Positions 12,259-25,723 of a stretch of DNA of 64,000 nucleotides are shown piece after piece. Origin of the DNA: Macrostomum lignano (Eukaryota). The stretch spans positions 186,001-250,000 of the forward strand of contig NIVC01000754.1 in NCBI GenBank assembly GCA_002269645.1, written 5' to 3'. How positions within the stretch are numbered: the stretch's first letter is position 1; each line of letters begins with the position of its first letter. The notes beneath the pieces are model-generated. The model was not told the origin of the DNA. It saw only the letters and a list, made by a program, of their open reading frames with translations, and did not search any database. The translations under genes and the position numbers were made by a program.

Positions 12259-13083
12259 ACACTCTGTTCGCCACCGAATCTTCCTACGCATCCGCATCCG
12301 AATGTTGAAATAGTTGAAGGCCGATTTTCGTTCTCGTATACATTAGTGAGATAGATGAATTGCATGATTTTCAACATAGTATGTGCTGTTTACAGAAGCC
12401 TAGGACTATTTATTCATAAATGTTGCACTATGTAATCAGAAACACTTAGCTAAATTATATTATTTTCTGGCTTAGTCATTATTAGGTAACTAAACTAACT
12501 GACTTACTTGGTAGGGGAAAAATCTGAACAATCTGTCGAAAAAAATCTTCTTCTACATGCAATCGATTCGGAGATACAGACATTTTAATAATCGGCCTTC
12601 AACGATTTTAGTACGATTTACAAGTGTGGCGTCCTTCTAGTCAAGTAGTCCTTGGTGTAGTGTCAGTGGGGGCTCGAAGCCCAGCCCACTGCTACTATTA
12701 GTACAATATAGCTTGCTGTCTCCAGGCATTGGGATGCTCCGGGACGCTCCGCCTATTTTGGCGTTTGAACTCGCAATTTCGGCCAGGTGCAGTGTGGTGC
12801 TGAGCCACTTCAAGCAGGGACTTCGGTCGGCTCGGGAGGTCGGCGACGGGGTCAAAATTGAAGTCATGCTCTTGATTTTAGGGGTCATTTCGGGTCGAGG
12901 TACAGGATTCCAGGTTTTATAAACTTTAGGGTCATTTTAGGTCATTGTTTAGGAATAGATTTGGAATGTCGGGTCAATTAAGGTGAAATTTATAATTTTG
13001 GCTCACTTTAGTTCAGGCATATTTTCAGAATCTTTGAAGTCTGTTTAGGATTCTAGAATCCTTTTGAATCATGTTTCATTTCT

Positions 13084-13245
13084 GTGGGGTCGTCTAAGCT
13101 CACAATTAGGTCTGTGGGGTCACCTAAGCTCATGATTAGGTCTGTGGGGTCATCTAAGCTCACGATTAGGTCTGTGGAGATTATCTTAGCTCACGATTAT
13201 GTCTGTGGGGATTATCTTAGCTCATGATTAGGTCTGTGGGATTAT
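13084..13245. repeat. About 30-bp degenerate tandem repeat GGTCTGTGGGGTCATCTAAGCTCACGATTA
   Basis: About 5 copies. Confidence 0.85.
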
Positions 13246-14139
13246 CTACGAGTAATCTCAATATTATAGGTCTGGTAAGTCATCTAAGGTCATGATTAGT
13301 TCAGGTCAATTCAGAAGCTTCAATGGGGCAGCCCATCCATTGCAGACGTTCATCGGACACCCTGAGCTGATTTGACAGCATTTTTAATCCCGCAGCTGTC
13401 AGGGGAATTCCGAATGAGTTGCTGAGGGCACCGCCTGAGCATCCCGCATTTCACTGACCAAGTCTGCACCCGGTGCACCCAGCTGTGCTACTGCAAGTAC
13501 TGAATATGGCTCGCTTGACTGCATTCTGCATCAATTTGTTTCTGACTTTGCTGCCTTCACTTCACCCTGCTGTGGCACCTCATCAATGGCGCTTTGTGCT
13601 CAAATGCAGTTTATTTATAAATTTAATAATGAGTTTGCATTTTGTACTCACAGCTTATTTTGCTAATCTTATACACAGTTCAGGTGTGCATTTTGTAATC
13701 CACCTTTGATAATCTTTGATCTATTTATCTGGTGCAACAGACTGACACAGCAGTTCTGCATTAATCATTTATATTGACCTGCATTGCTCAGATAAAATCA
13801 TTGCTGTTTCAATTTCTCTGCCACATCAATATTGGATGGCACTTCAGTGCAGCAATGTAAAGTATGTGCAAGTTTACAATTTATTAATTGCGACATATTT
13901 TTGTCTGCTCATCTGCATTTGCCTCTGCTGCCAGCTGAGCTGAATTGAGTTGACAGCCAAGCCTCACACCGTGTTTTCATTTGTGCTCAAATCCCAAATC
14001 ATCAGTGCAATGAGATTTCTCCCATTATTAATAATTTATCTGAATCTGTACTTTTCATGATCTCAAACAGCTCAGCTCATAAAACTGCTTAAAGTTCTCA
14101 GCCTGTGTGTCTGACTTTGTCATTTGGGAGTTGGATTTG

Positions 14140-14906
14140 TGCTCATGTGCCATGACCCATATCATGCACACAGCCATTGCTCATGTGCCATGACCCATAT
14201 CTCATGCACACAGCCATTGCTCATGTGCCATGACCCATATCTCATGCACACAGCCATTGCTCATGTGCCATGACCCATATCTCATGCACACAGCCATTGC
14301 TCATGTGCCATGACCCATATCTCATGCACACAGCCATTGCTCATGTGCCATGACCCATATCTCATGCACACAGCCATTGCTCATGTGCCATGACCCATAT
14401 CTCATGCACACAGACATTGCTCATGTGCCATGACCCATATCTCATGCACAAAGACATTGCTCATGTGCCATGACCCATATCTCATGCACACAGCCATTGC
14501 TCATGTGCCATGACTCATATCTCATGCACACAGCCATTGCTCATGTGCCATGACCCATATCTCATGCACACAGCCATTGCTCATGTGCCATGACCCATAT
14601 CTCATGCACACAGCCATTGCTCATGTGCCATGACTCATATCTCATGCACACAGCCATTGCTCATGTGCCATGACCCATATCTCATGCACACAGCCATTGC
14701 TCATGTGCCATGACCCATATCTCATGCACACAGCCATTGCTCATGTGCCATGACCCATATCTCATGCACACAGCCATTGCTCATGTGCCATGACCCATAT
14801 CTCATGCACACAGCCATTGCTCATGTGCCATGACCCATATCTCATTCACACGGACATTACTCATATGACATGACCCATATCTTATTCACACAGACATTAC
14901 TCATGT
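14140..14906. repeat. 40-bp tandem repeat TGCTCATGTGCCATGACCCATATCTCATGCACACAGCCAT
   Basis: About 19 near-identical copies. Confidence 0.97.
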
Positions 14907-15087
14907 TAAAAAATCTTACTGTCTCTGATTTATTTCTCTCACCCATCCTCTCTCACCGTCACCCCTTCAACTAGCTTCTTCTCACCTCACCTCCCTCTCA
15001 TTCCCGCTCGCCCCACCTGTTTCCTTAATTAGCAACAGTCTCTCAACAGCAGCAAAAGCTCAAACTGGTGCAGTAAAAATTCTGAGC

Positions 15088-18000
15088 TCATTCGGAAAAG
15101 AAAGGCAGGTGCACAGCTTGTAAGATTTGTGCAGGGGCTTTTGGACAATGGGGCAGAGCTGATGAGCTGGGGCTGCTGTGTGCAGCTTGGCTGCTGTGCG
15201 CGGCCTCTGCATCTCTTCCTGTCTCTCCTTCATCTGAGCGGCGCGAGCTGTGAGTTAAAGGGGGGCTGGGGTTGGGTCACAGCCAGTTGGAGCAAACAGT
15301 TGGATTTCATATTCAGTAAAACTCAGCTGCCACAGCAGCCCCACAGATTCCCAGGAACTCCCTCAAACTGTCTAAGTCTGAGCAGGGCGTCTAGTTTATC
15401 AAAGCAATTAAAAAAAAATTTTCTCTGAGCTTCAAGCTAACACCTCTCAATGCAAACCGCTCAATTAAGGTGGCGCATCTTTAGCGTGAGCACAGTGAGC
15501 CCGCATGACTGGTGATAAAATAATGCTACTCCGGTCGCACCTCTGCATGAGCACCATATCGCACGGGTATCTAAGGCTTGCCAAATTACTTTAAATTTGT
15601 ACCTGACGATGAGGAACTCGTGCCCCATCAGCTCCAATGCGGACTTTCTGCTTTTGCGGTCCATGGCGGTGCAGCGGCTGTAGAAGTCTTGCAGCTCCGC
15701 TGAGAAGCCCGTCGGCAGGGCGGGGGCGCCGCTGCTTCTCAGCCTCTCAGGCAGCGTGTACGGCATTTTGTGCTCAGCAAAGGGCCGCCTGCCCGAGGCC
15801 ATCTGGAAGACCGAGCAGCCGAACGCCCAGATGTCCGACTGTCTGCTGTACCACGGGCTGTCCGACTCTCCTGCTCCGAGCAACTCCGGAGCCAAGAAGT
15901 TCAAAGTGCCTTTGGGGGTGGCTTTGGAGTCCGAGACGTGGCTGACTGACTCCAGCTTGACTGACAGGCCGAAGTCGATCAGCTTGATTCGCGTGTTGTC
16001 AGCACAAACAATTATGTTCGAGCAGTTGATGTCTCTGTGGATCACGGGCGGCTTCCGGCTGTGCAGGTAGAGCAGCGCGCGGCAGATCTGCGAGCGGTCG
16101 GTCAGTGAGCAGTCATCATTCATGAGAACATGGAACAGGAGCATCAAGGATGCACAATGCTCACCTGCTCGCTGAAGTCTCGAATCGTCTGCTCGTCCAG
16201 CGGCTTGTTGTCGATAAACTTCTCCAAGCTTCGGCCATCCAGCAGCTCCATGAACACAACGACTGTAGCGGGCTCCGGCTGAGCCATGTGCAAGAACCTG
16301 ACGATGTTGGGATGCCGCAGTCGGCACAGGTTTCTCTCGCTCTCGACAGCTCTGTGGATCTCTTTGCTCACAGAGGTTTGGTCATCACCGAGCTGCACAG
16401 GCAGTTTGAGAGTCTTGGCAGCGCACGTGACGCCCGTGTCAGTTCGAACTTCGTGGACTTCGCCGAAGCCTCCGCGGCCAATGAGGTGAACGGCGTCCCA
16501 GCGTTCGCGGAACGGGGGGTTCGAGTGTCTGAGGGGATGTGAATTGAAGCACTGAGGGGTAATTTGCATGCTGTAGCTGTGTGTGTTGTAGCTGTGTGTG
16601 TTGTAGCTGTGTGTGCTGTAGCTGTGTGTGCTGTAGCTGTGTGTGCTGTAGCTGTGTGTGCTGTAGCTGTGTGTGCTGTAGCTGTGTGCTGTAGCTGTGT
16701 GCTGTAGCTGTGTGTGCTGTAGCTGTGTGTGCTGTAGCTGTATGTGCTGTAGCTGTGTGTGCTGTAGCTGTGTGTGCTGTAGCTGTATGTGCTGTAGCTG
16801 TGTGTGCTGTAGCTGTGTGTGCTGTAGCTGTGTGCTGTAGCTGTGTGTGCTGAAGCTGTGTTGTCTGCGGCCATTGCCTAAGAAGCTACGGCCGCGGCGA
16901 GCAAAATCCTCTGGCGCTGGCTCTCCTGCATCAGCCCACTGAGCGCCTGCGCCGTGGCCAAGGCCGAACTGTGACGCTAAATGATACGTTTCTGACTGAC
17001 TTGCCCTTCTCGGTTGTTCTGCGAACGCGTCCGCGCAAAGACTAGCTAGATGTCTTTTTGTCTGTGCTTCTCTCTGCGTCGCTATATAAATATACCTGGT
17101 ATTTAAGCTTTGTGCTGTAGCTGTGTGTGCTGAAGGAACTCACGGCATCGCCTGAGGCTCGTCGAAGTAGTTCTTGCCGTCGTACCTAAATAGGCAGTGC
17201 GGAGTAAAATTAACTACGAATTTTTAAATACTTTCTGTTTTTTGTAAAAATCTATTATGTTAGCAGAAAAACGCAAAAATTTCAGATGTTTAAATTATAA
17301 CCAACTGTAACAGCAAACTGACAGGTGTCTCACAGCTCGCAGGCAGCTGAACATTAATATTCAACTGGCAATCTGCAGTCAAACTGCACTGCAAAGTCCC
17401 TCAATGCAGCTCAGTCCCTGCTGCCCATTTAAACTACAAAAATGTAAAATTTCACACTCAGAGCAACTGCAGTCAGCTGCTCAATATTCAATCATAAATT
17501 ACAGTGTTTATCGATGATAAATAAAAATCAGAGACACATTCTCAGTTGCCATGGAAACTCACCCACGCAGCAGCTCAGCCAGTTCGCTCTTTCCCTCCTG
17601 TGTGGCCAAATCCAGCGCAGTTATGCCGTCTCTGTCCTTCAGGCTCCAATCCGCCCCTGAGTCCAGCAGAACCCGACCGACTGTGGCGGCGGAGGCGGGG
17701 GGCGCAAATAAGGCTGCCCATCTAAGGGGCGTGGATTCAAACTTATTCCTGGCATTGGCGGAGGCTCCGGCAGCCAGCAGAGCGGAGGCTGCGGCAGAAT
17801 TGCCAGCCTTGGCTGCATGGTGCAGGCAACTGTCAGCCCATTCATCCGAACAGGTGGGGTCACCCAGCTGCACCAGCTTCTCCCACAGAGCCCCATCACC
17901 GCACGAGCTGTTGTGAGCTGCTCGCATCAACGCGGTGAGACCCGCAATGTCCGGCATGTCGCAGCTGTCGCGGGTCGCCGCTCGCCGCAGCCCCGCCGAG

Positions 18001-19716
18001 TCGCCCGCCTCGGCCAGCCGCTCCAGTTCCTGTCGATCCGCCTCCTCCTGCAAAGGCGAGCGGGAATATTGAGTACAGCTGCTCAGCTGCAGCCGCATCG
18101 GCACCGCAGATGCCCCTCACCTGGTCTGTCAGGCCGGAGATCACGCCGCCTTTGATAACAAACAGCCGCATCTCCCTGCAACAGCAACAATGAGCAGCGA
18201 ATTTGCAGTTTGCTTAAATCCGATCACGAAAATAAAATAATTTGTGGGAATAAATTTTCCCGATAAATTCGGTTAACTCCAAAAAGTTTTATATTGAGTT
18301 TCCAAGAGGACTGCAGCAGCTCTGCAACAATCAGCATTGGCGAGAGCGCATCCGACTTCTCACAATCAGCTCATCTTCCATTTCTGCAGCATGAGTTTCC
18401 TTCAGTCTCACAATGTCTCACAAAGCACTCACGCACAGCCTCCCAGTTCTCCATCTGCAGCTCAACCCACACTCTCACTGCACACCGAGGCCCTACAGCT
18501 TCCATTATCGACTGAGATCAACCGGCACCCCATTGGCTGGGAGGCAGCCAGCCAATCACAGCTCTCGCCCATCAAGCAGTCAGCCCGAGACAAGCTCAGC
18601 TGACTGGCTCTGATTGGTTGGCCTGAGACTGCAGCTCTGGCCACCCTAGCCAGCCGAATGCTGCAAAACTTGATGGACACAGCAGCGAACTGCTCACTCA
18701 CCGCTCGATGTAGCTGGCCAGCTCTGAGTGGCCGCTGAGCCTCGCCAGGTCCGACGCCGTCCGACCCTCGCGTTCCTCCAGTCCGAGCAGCCGAGACCTC
18801 TTCGAGTTTCCGTGCTTCTCGCACTCATTGAACCTTTCCTGCCTGAGCAGGTGCAGCAGGTGCTTGGCGCATTTCCAGCTTCCAGTCCGCGCCGCCTCCA
18901 TCAGCGGAGTGGCGCCGTTGTCGTTCCGCAGCCACTTCGCATCGAACGACAGCAGCGTCAGCAGCCGCAGGTGGTCCCGCCGGGCTGCCAGGTGCGCAGC
19001 CGTGTCGCCGTTCGCGTCAGCCGCTTTGGGGTTCGCGCCCAGCTCAAATAAGTACAAGATGCACTTTTCAGTGTGCACGGGAGTTTCAGGAGCGTCGGCC
19101 ACCAGCATGAGGACGGTCCGACGAGCTGCATCAGCGCTGGTGACCAGCTGGCGCGTTGCCAGCCACCGCACCTGGCCGAAGTCACCTCCGATGACGTCGT
19201 GGGCGAGAGTCTTGAGATCGGCTGGTGAGTCTCCGACACTTGCCCGGTTGGTGGGGTCCGGCTTAGTGAGTTCCTGCAACTGCAATTGAGGCACCCAAGC
19301 TGCACATTCAAACATGTGAGTGAGTTCCTGCAACTGCAATTGAGACACCCAAGCTGCTCATTCAAACATGTGAGTGAGTTCCTGCAACTGCAATTGAGGC
19401 ACCCAAGCTGCACATTCAAACATGTAAGTGAGTTCCTGCAACTGCAATTGAGGCACCCAAGCTGCACATTCAAACATGTGAGTGAGTCTTTGCAACTGCA
19501 GTGGAAAAGGTATTAATGTGTTTCAATTTGGTCACTTACTTCTTCAAGTGGTGGCCTTGGTGGCTTTGGTGGTTTTGGTGGTTTTGGTGGCTTTGGTGGT
19601 TTTGGTGGCTCTCCTAGTGAACTTCGTCGTCGTATTGGTGGTGATGATGATGGTGATGGTGGTGGTGATGGTGGTGGTGATGCTGGTGGTGGTGGTAGTC
19701 GCCCTCGCTCTGCCAT
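15088..19716 (-). CDS. Ankyrin-repeat protein kinase, copy 1 (Pro-rich N-terminus, two ANK blocks, STE/MAP3K-like kinase), roughly 780 aa
   Basis: Hand-built exons: 19716-19540, 19273-18702, 18175-18121, 18047-17563, 17185-17144, 16528-16165, 16087-15603 and a tentative last exon 15247-15088. All introns are GT-AG with matching phases (0,2,0,2,2,0,2). The alternative is read-through to the stop at 15461. Confidence 0.75.
15603..16528 (-). CDS. Ser/Thr kinase domain exons of copy 1 (STE11/MEKK-like)
   Basis: Motifs GRGGFG, CAAK, LRHPNIV, HRDINCSN, DFGLS, GTLNFLAPE and DIWAFGC. A 77-nt intron lies at 16164-16088. Confidence 0.92.
16569..16860. repeat. 13-15-bp satellite (GCTGTAGCTGTGTGT)n in intron 5 of copy 1
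   Basis: Direct observation. Confidence 0.95.
16856..17110 (+). mobile_element. 5'-truncated RTE-like LINE fragment flanked by a duplication of about 25 bp
   Basis: Reads CGHCLRSYGRGEQNPLALALLHQPTERLRRGQGRTVTLNDTFLTDL, resembling the RTE C-terminal GHCxR...P...RRGR motif. TGTGCTGTAGCTGTGTGTGCTGAAG lies on both sides. The segment is absent from the paralogous intron near 29070. Confidence 0.6.
17563..18047 (-). CDS. Ankyrin-repeat exon (second ANK block) of copy 1
   Basis: GLTALMRAA, DSCLHHAAKAGN, STPLRWAA, GITALDLA. Confidence 0.9.
18702..19273 (-). CDS. Ankyrin-repeat exon (first ANK block) of copy 1
   Basis: RTVLMLVA, GDTAAHLAA, GATPLMEAA, GRTASDLARLSGH. Confidence 0.9.
19262..19500 (-). 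repeat. 54-bp tandem repeat duplicating the exon-2 splice acceptor, about 4.5 copies
   Basis: On the minus strand each unit contains CAATTGCAGTTGCAG|GAACTCACT. Confidence 0.9.
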
Positions 19717-21039
19717 GGCTGCAAGCTCAGTCCGTCAGTCGCAGGTGTCTCAGCTCAGCCCGAGAGTCCGGCAGGGCAGCGGCCGCCTCTGCAGCAGATT
19801 TTATTGGCCATGGAGCAGCTGCAGCGAATTCCTTCTCACCCTGCCTTTCTGCCTCTCCCATTGGCTCTGAGGGAACAGCAGAACTGCTGCAATGTCAGTG
19901 CGTGGCTACTTGAAGTAGTCAGTGTGCGATAGACGATTTTCTTGCAAACTGGTGAAAATAAAGTTTCAAAATGAATAACATAAATAATTTTTTTTTGAAG
20001 CCAGCTCCATTTATCAATATTGCATTTCGTAATTGGAAAATACGAGCACTTTGTTGCAGTGAAGCAGATCAGTGCAAACATAAATAGTTTGAGTACATTT
20101 TTGTCCATCAAAAGTGTTCTGCTGAGACTCAACTACGAGACTCGGACTGCTACTCAACAGTTTCACAAAGTCACAACTGTTACTTCTGCTCCAAATATGT
20201 CACTGACAAAAAGTGCTTTAAGTCGCAACTGCACTGGCTGGAAACTCTCAGAGCTGCTGCTTGGTAAGTTTGTAAAAGTTGTTTGTAGTAAAATAATTAT
20301 TTTACAGTTTTTTTACTTTGCTGACATAAAGATTGTCAGGGCTGCTGTGGGGCAGATTCGCTGACATAAATATTGTCAGGGCTGCTGTGGGGCAGATTTC
20401 TGGAAAGAGTAGAAACAGAAAATCTCAGAGAAGAGAGGCTGGAGGTAATCTCTGAAGAGGCATAGACATAAACATTCATACACATAAGCATAAAAAGGCC
20501 TAAACAAAAAGAACCACCAGCGTAAACCAAAATAAATTAAAGATGCTTATACATTAAGAAAGGTCAATGCAATTATTTAGAATATCCGACAGCAACTTAA
20601 ATATAATTTCAATCAATGTTTCTGGAAAAGCGAGGGAAGAATTCAACAATGTACTTTTATGAAATATTCTGGAATCTTAAGTGTGGGTTCCTCAGTTTCA
20701 GAGAAGAGCAGCGAGGGCTGCGGTTGAGCGACCCGAGCTGCTGCCGAAACTCTCGAAGGCTTGCCGAATTACAGGCGGATCTACTTTGCCAAATGAAGTT
20801 GGTATTCTTGCACGGTAATTAGCCGAATTGAGGGATTTCGAGCGGAAATTCCATATATATTGCTTCAAGCAGCCACTGTTACCACAACAACCAATTCGCA
20901 GATAAGAAAGCGAACAATTTCTGGCTCTGAGCAATCGACCTGTTCAGTTCAGTGAATTCACAACTGAGCAGCTTGTTTTGCTCCTTCTGGATCGAAATTT
21001 CAGCGACATTCCTGTAAAGCAACTTTTTGATAGGTTGGA

Positions 21040-21980
21040 ACATCACCATGACCCCCTGCTGTTCGCATTTCCTATGCTGGCTGCACTCAGATCAACAATA
21101 GGGAAGGCAATTCAGTAGGGAATGTCCTGGACATAGGCATGTGCTCTCCCAATCTAGTACATTTCGTTAGTGAGATGCTGGTCGGTAAAGACAGTGACCA
21201 TCACCTCCCGATAGTCAATAAGGTATTTTAGACTCCAACTCCAAGTTGCTCCCGAATAAAACTCCCAAGAGTTTCTTGATCACCTAGCTAGTGGGAAGCC
21301 TTTTGGTGTGACCTTCAGGATAATCTAGACAATATTATCAGCAGCATTATCCGCTTCCATATTTCCCCTCAATGACCATTGAAAAAGCCATCGATAATGT
21401 TACAGAGAAAATGCAGAAAACAATTACCGAAGTTGTCTCAGATCGTGAAACCACGGAGCCGCTGCCTCCGGATATTATCTGTAAAATCAAACACAGAAGA
21501 AACCTCAGCAAAACTTATGAAAAAGACCAGGATTGATAATTTTAGAGTTCTGACTAAACAACTTCTAAGGCGATCCTTTAAAGGATGCAGCATTGTGAAA
21601 AATTGAGGACTTACGTAAAACGTCGCTAAAACCAGCTGTAGAATGAAACCCCGAAGATTCTGGGTCAATATCAAAAAGATGACGGAGAGTCCCTCAAACC
21701 CATCTTCTTCTCCACCCTCAGTTACAAGGGAAACTCAGCTGAGACTGAAGAGGAGACTGCACACCTGTTTCAAGATTTCCATGAAGCTCAGATGCAGCCT
21801 CACGCAGCAGGGATTCCAAGCTCTATCAGGAAATCAAGGACATGCATTGAGTCCGAGGAAATATTTCTCCTTCATGATAGCATTATCAGAGCCTCTCTTA
21901 TCACCGGGACAGGCGTGATTCTGATGACCCCGACAGAGAGGACACTGAGTCAGGTATACCGAATATTCTTGACACAGATA
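21040..21980 (+). mobile_element. Decayed LINE ORF2 fragment (AP-endonuclease C-terminus and linker)
   Basis: Translates to GNSVGNVLDIGMCSPNLVHFVSEMLVGKDSDHHLP (xLD...SDHxP endonuclease motif) and later KPRRFWVNIKKM. Many stops and frameshifts. Confidence 0.55.
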
Positions 21981-21983
21981 TAC

Positions 21984-24900
21984 TCATACTAATGCAAATT
22001 TGAAAGCTAAGATACAGAGGAGCTCCGGTGTTAGGCTTTCTGTTCTCCGGGTTCTTAATTTATCCGGGGGACACTGCAAAGCAAAATTATTGTCGCTTTG
22101 CGATAACCTACCCTTCGCCGTGTTGCATGGCTTCAGGCGATTGAAATGCACCACCCTTCGCCGTCGTGCATTGGCCTCGTGCTGAATGCAGTAGGTGACG
22201 TCCGAGATCTGCTTTTTAACGCGCCATGGCCCAGTCCACCACCGATGAAATTTTCGGCTCTCGCCTCGCTTCAGCGCCGGGTTGTGCAGCCAGACCAGAT
22301 CGTCCTCGCTGAATGCCTCGCCGTGGCACCTCCTGTCGTACGCTGCCTTCTGGTGCAGTTGCGCTGCCTCCAAGTTTTGTCGCGCCCTCTCGTGCGATGT
22401 CTGCAGCCGGCTCCGCAGCTCGGCCACACATTCACAAGGACGTTGCCAATCCGGTGCCAGACCTCCGTACGCCAAGTCCAGTGGTAGTCGCAGTTCCCGG
22501 CCGAAATGCATCACCGAAGGTGTCTGACCAGTCGACTTGTGGACTGAAGTGCGGTAGCCCATCAGTGCAATCTGCAGATAAAGATCCCAGTCTCGCTGGA
22601 TTCTCGTTCACCCATGCTCGCAGCAGCTGCACCAGTGTTCGGTTCATCCGTTACGCAACCGCCGTCTCCTTCAGGGTGGTAGCCTGTCGTCCGAGTCTTG
22701 TCGATTTTCAGCAGCCGCATCGTCTCTTGAAACAGCTGCGACTCCCAGTTCCGACCCTGGTCGGTGTGTACTGACTGCGGGACTCCAAAGCGAGCCACCC
22801 ACTCGTTGACAAACGTCCGGGCTGTGGTCTCAGCATCTTGAGACGGTAGTGGAAAGGCCTCAGTCCACTTGCTGAAGGTGTCGATGACTACCAGGATGAC
22901 TGAATTTCCACGATCGGTCCTCGGCAGGCCTCCCATGAAGTCCATTTCTAGTCGCTGTCCAACGCTGCCGACCGCCACGCTCTGTAGAGGCGCCCACCTG
23001 TGCTGGCCAGAATCCTTCAGTGTTGCGCATTCGAGGCACGCAGCACACCAGTCAGTCACATCTGCTGTCATTCCAGGCCAGTAGAGTCGCGCTTTGATCT
23101 TTTCAATGGTCTTTTGCGGTCCGCCGTGGCTGCCGCTCGTTCCAGTATGAGCTTCGACAAAAACATCGCGCTGTAGACTTTCTAGCACCAGCAGCTGCTG
23201 ACAAAAGGCGCTGCCATCTTCGGATTCCCATCGGCGGCACAGCAGTCCGTTCACCAGTGTCAGCCGCTTAAACTCGGACAGCAATTGCCGCTGCCGATTG
23301 CTCCAGCCGTCCCTCTCTGCCTTGTCCGGTGGTTGACCATCTCGCAAGCAGTTCGCCAGCTGCTGCATGCACCGATCCCCTGCCTGTGCTCGTCGAATCG
23401 CGCTGTCGTCATTGAACTCGACAGCGAGCGCAGAGCCACTGCACAGGCAAGGTCCTTTTCGACACGGTCGCCGACTAAGTGCGTCTGCATTTCCATGTTT
23501 CTCGCCCTTGTGGTACTCCGTCTGGTAGTCGAATTCGCTTAGCTTATCCAGCCACCGTGCCAGCTGACCATCGGGATCTCGGAAGCGCAGAAGATGGATC
23601 AGCGAGGCGTGATCAGTACGTAGTGTGAATCTTTTTCCTAACAAGTAGCTGCGATAGTGACCGACGAAGTGCACAATTGCCAGCAGCTCACGCCTCGTTG
23701 TGCAGTAATTTCTCTCTGCTTTGGACAGAATGCGACTGCCGTATGCCACCACCTGCGTCCTGCCACCACGGCGCTCTTGAAGAACTCCGGAGATGGCCAC
23801 GCTAGAGGCATCGGTATCCAGCACGAACTCAGCGACTTCTGCGAATGTCGGCATGATGAGAACTGGGCTGGAAGTAAGGCACTGCTTTAGGCGATTAAAT
23901 GCTGCTGAGCATTCGAGAGTCCAGCGGAAGGTCACGTCCTTTTGCGTTAGCTTGTACAGCGGTTCAGCAATCTCACTGCAGTTTTTAACGAAATGACGAT
24001 AGTAGCCACATAACCCCAGGAATTGTCGCACTTCTGAACGATCTTCGGGCGTTGGCCACTCCTGCACTGCTTTCACCTTGTCCGGGTCAGTGGTCACGCC
24101 ATCTTTTGAGATTCGAAAGCCAAGAAATGAGATCTCCTGATAGCACAAGTGGCACTTGGTTGGCTTCAACTTCAGGTTAGCGGTTCTGAATTTCTGCAAC
24201 ACAAACTCAAGACGCCGCAGATGCTCCTCGAATCCTTTCGAAATGATGACAACGTCGTCAAGAAATGACAGGCACACTTCCCATCGGAGGCCCTTCAGAA
24301 CGAGTTCCATCAGCCTTGAAAACGTGGCAGGACCCTTGCACACACCTTGCGGTAGTCTCTTGTACTGGAATAATCCCTGTGGCGCAGGAAATGCTGCTTT
24401 TGAGCGACTCTCTGAGTCCAGCATCACCTGGGTGTACCCGCTAGTGAAGTCGAGCGTTGAGAACATTGTGGATCCTGCGAGAGCATCGATCTGATCGCTG
24501 GTGTGAGGCAGTGGATGACTGTCTTTGACGGTCACGGAGTTGAGCAGTCTGAAGTCGTTCACGAAGCGCAAACTGCCGTCCTCCTTCTTCACCAGAATGA
24601 TCGGGCTCGACCACGGAGAATTCGAAGGCTCTACGATGTCGTCTCATACCATCTGCTCGACCATCTCTGACACAGCTCGCTGGTTCGGCGGCGACAATCG
24701 ACGAGGAGGCACTCTGTTGGGTTTCGCCGACCCGGTGTCAATTTTGTGGTCAAGGAGTGAAGTGCAGCCCAGGTCGTTTGGACTTTTCGAGAACACATCC
24801 TGGTACTGATGCAGAAGTTCTTTGACACACTGAACTTGATTGGCTGTCAGATGTTTCTCATCAATGTGCACATTTGGTGCACACTCAGCGCTTTGACCTT

Positions 24901-25723
24901 TCACTGTCTCAACTTGCATTGACGACTCTGCATCGGCACCATCAGACATCGGCTCAAAAGTCCCCAGTCTTGTTCCGGGGTAAGATGTATGCGGCTTGGT
25001 GTCCGCATTGACATAGTGAACGGCGATGAGTCCTCCTCGCAACACCGAGAGGCTGCGCGCTCCACACATGACCGTGGATATGTCCTTCGAATTGTCAGGC
25101 TCAAATATGCTGCACTCACCATCAACAGCTGCAGCTGACTCACTTGCCAATCTCGCTGGGAAAACAATTTCGTGAACAGCGGGCACGGTTGTCCTGTCTG
25201 CTACCTCAACGGCGAATACACAGGTGCTGGCTGCCGATGACTCCATTTTTACTTGCTGACCGCACACAGTGAGCGTTTGGCGATTGCAGTCGATGACGCA
25301 GCCACAGTTTGCCAGGAAATCTGCACCCAGCAAAAAATCCTTGGCCAGATTGTCGACAACCAAAACTCTTTGTCGAACCGTTGCCACACCGAAACTTAGC
25401 TGCACTTCCTGCCAACCACAGGCAGCCAAATAGTTACCGTCTGCCAGCTTCAACTGCACCGGAGTCGTCAAAGGCAGGAGCCTCTCATTCAGCTTGCGAA
25501 ACACGGAACTTGACATCAGAGACTGGGAACAGCCAGTGTCAACTAGACAGCTGGCAGGGACACACATCGGCAGGATGCGACAGTTTACCAGCATGTTGGC
25601 ACCAGTGGCTGAGCAGGACACCTCCACGACTGGTTGCGCCGGGATTCTCACTTGCGGAACGGCACCCGGCGGTCGCCGCTCCATCGAAGTTTCCTGACTT
25701 CTGAGTGCAAAATCTTTGAACAT
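21984..25723 (-). pseudogene. pol: pol of gypsy C (protease, RT, RNase H, integrase with GPY/F motif), disrupted
   Basis: LVDTGCS; LPQG...FLDDVV; LDTDAS; H-H-C-C zinc finger; LEMDFMG, HTDQG; WTGPWRV. Confidence 0.92.

Noticed and set aside
11849-12377. Poly-Q/N/T/V/L/C ORFs
   Set aside because: They are six-frame readings of the (CAA)n microsatellite. Only the LINE C-terminal part is meaningful.
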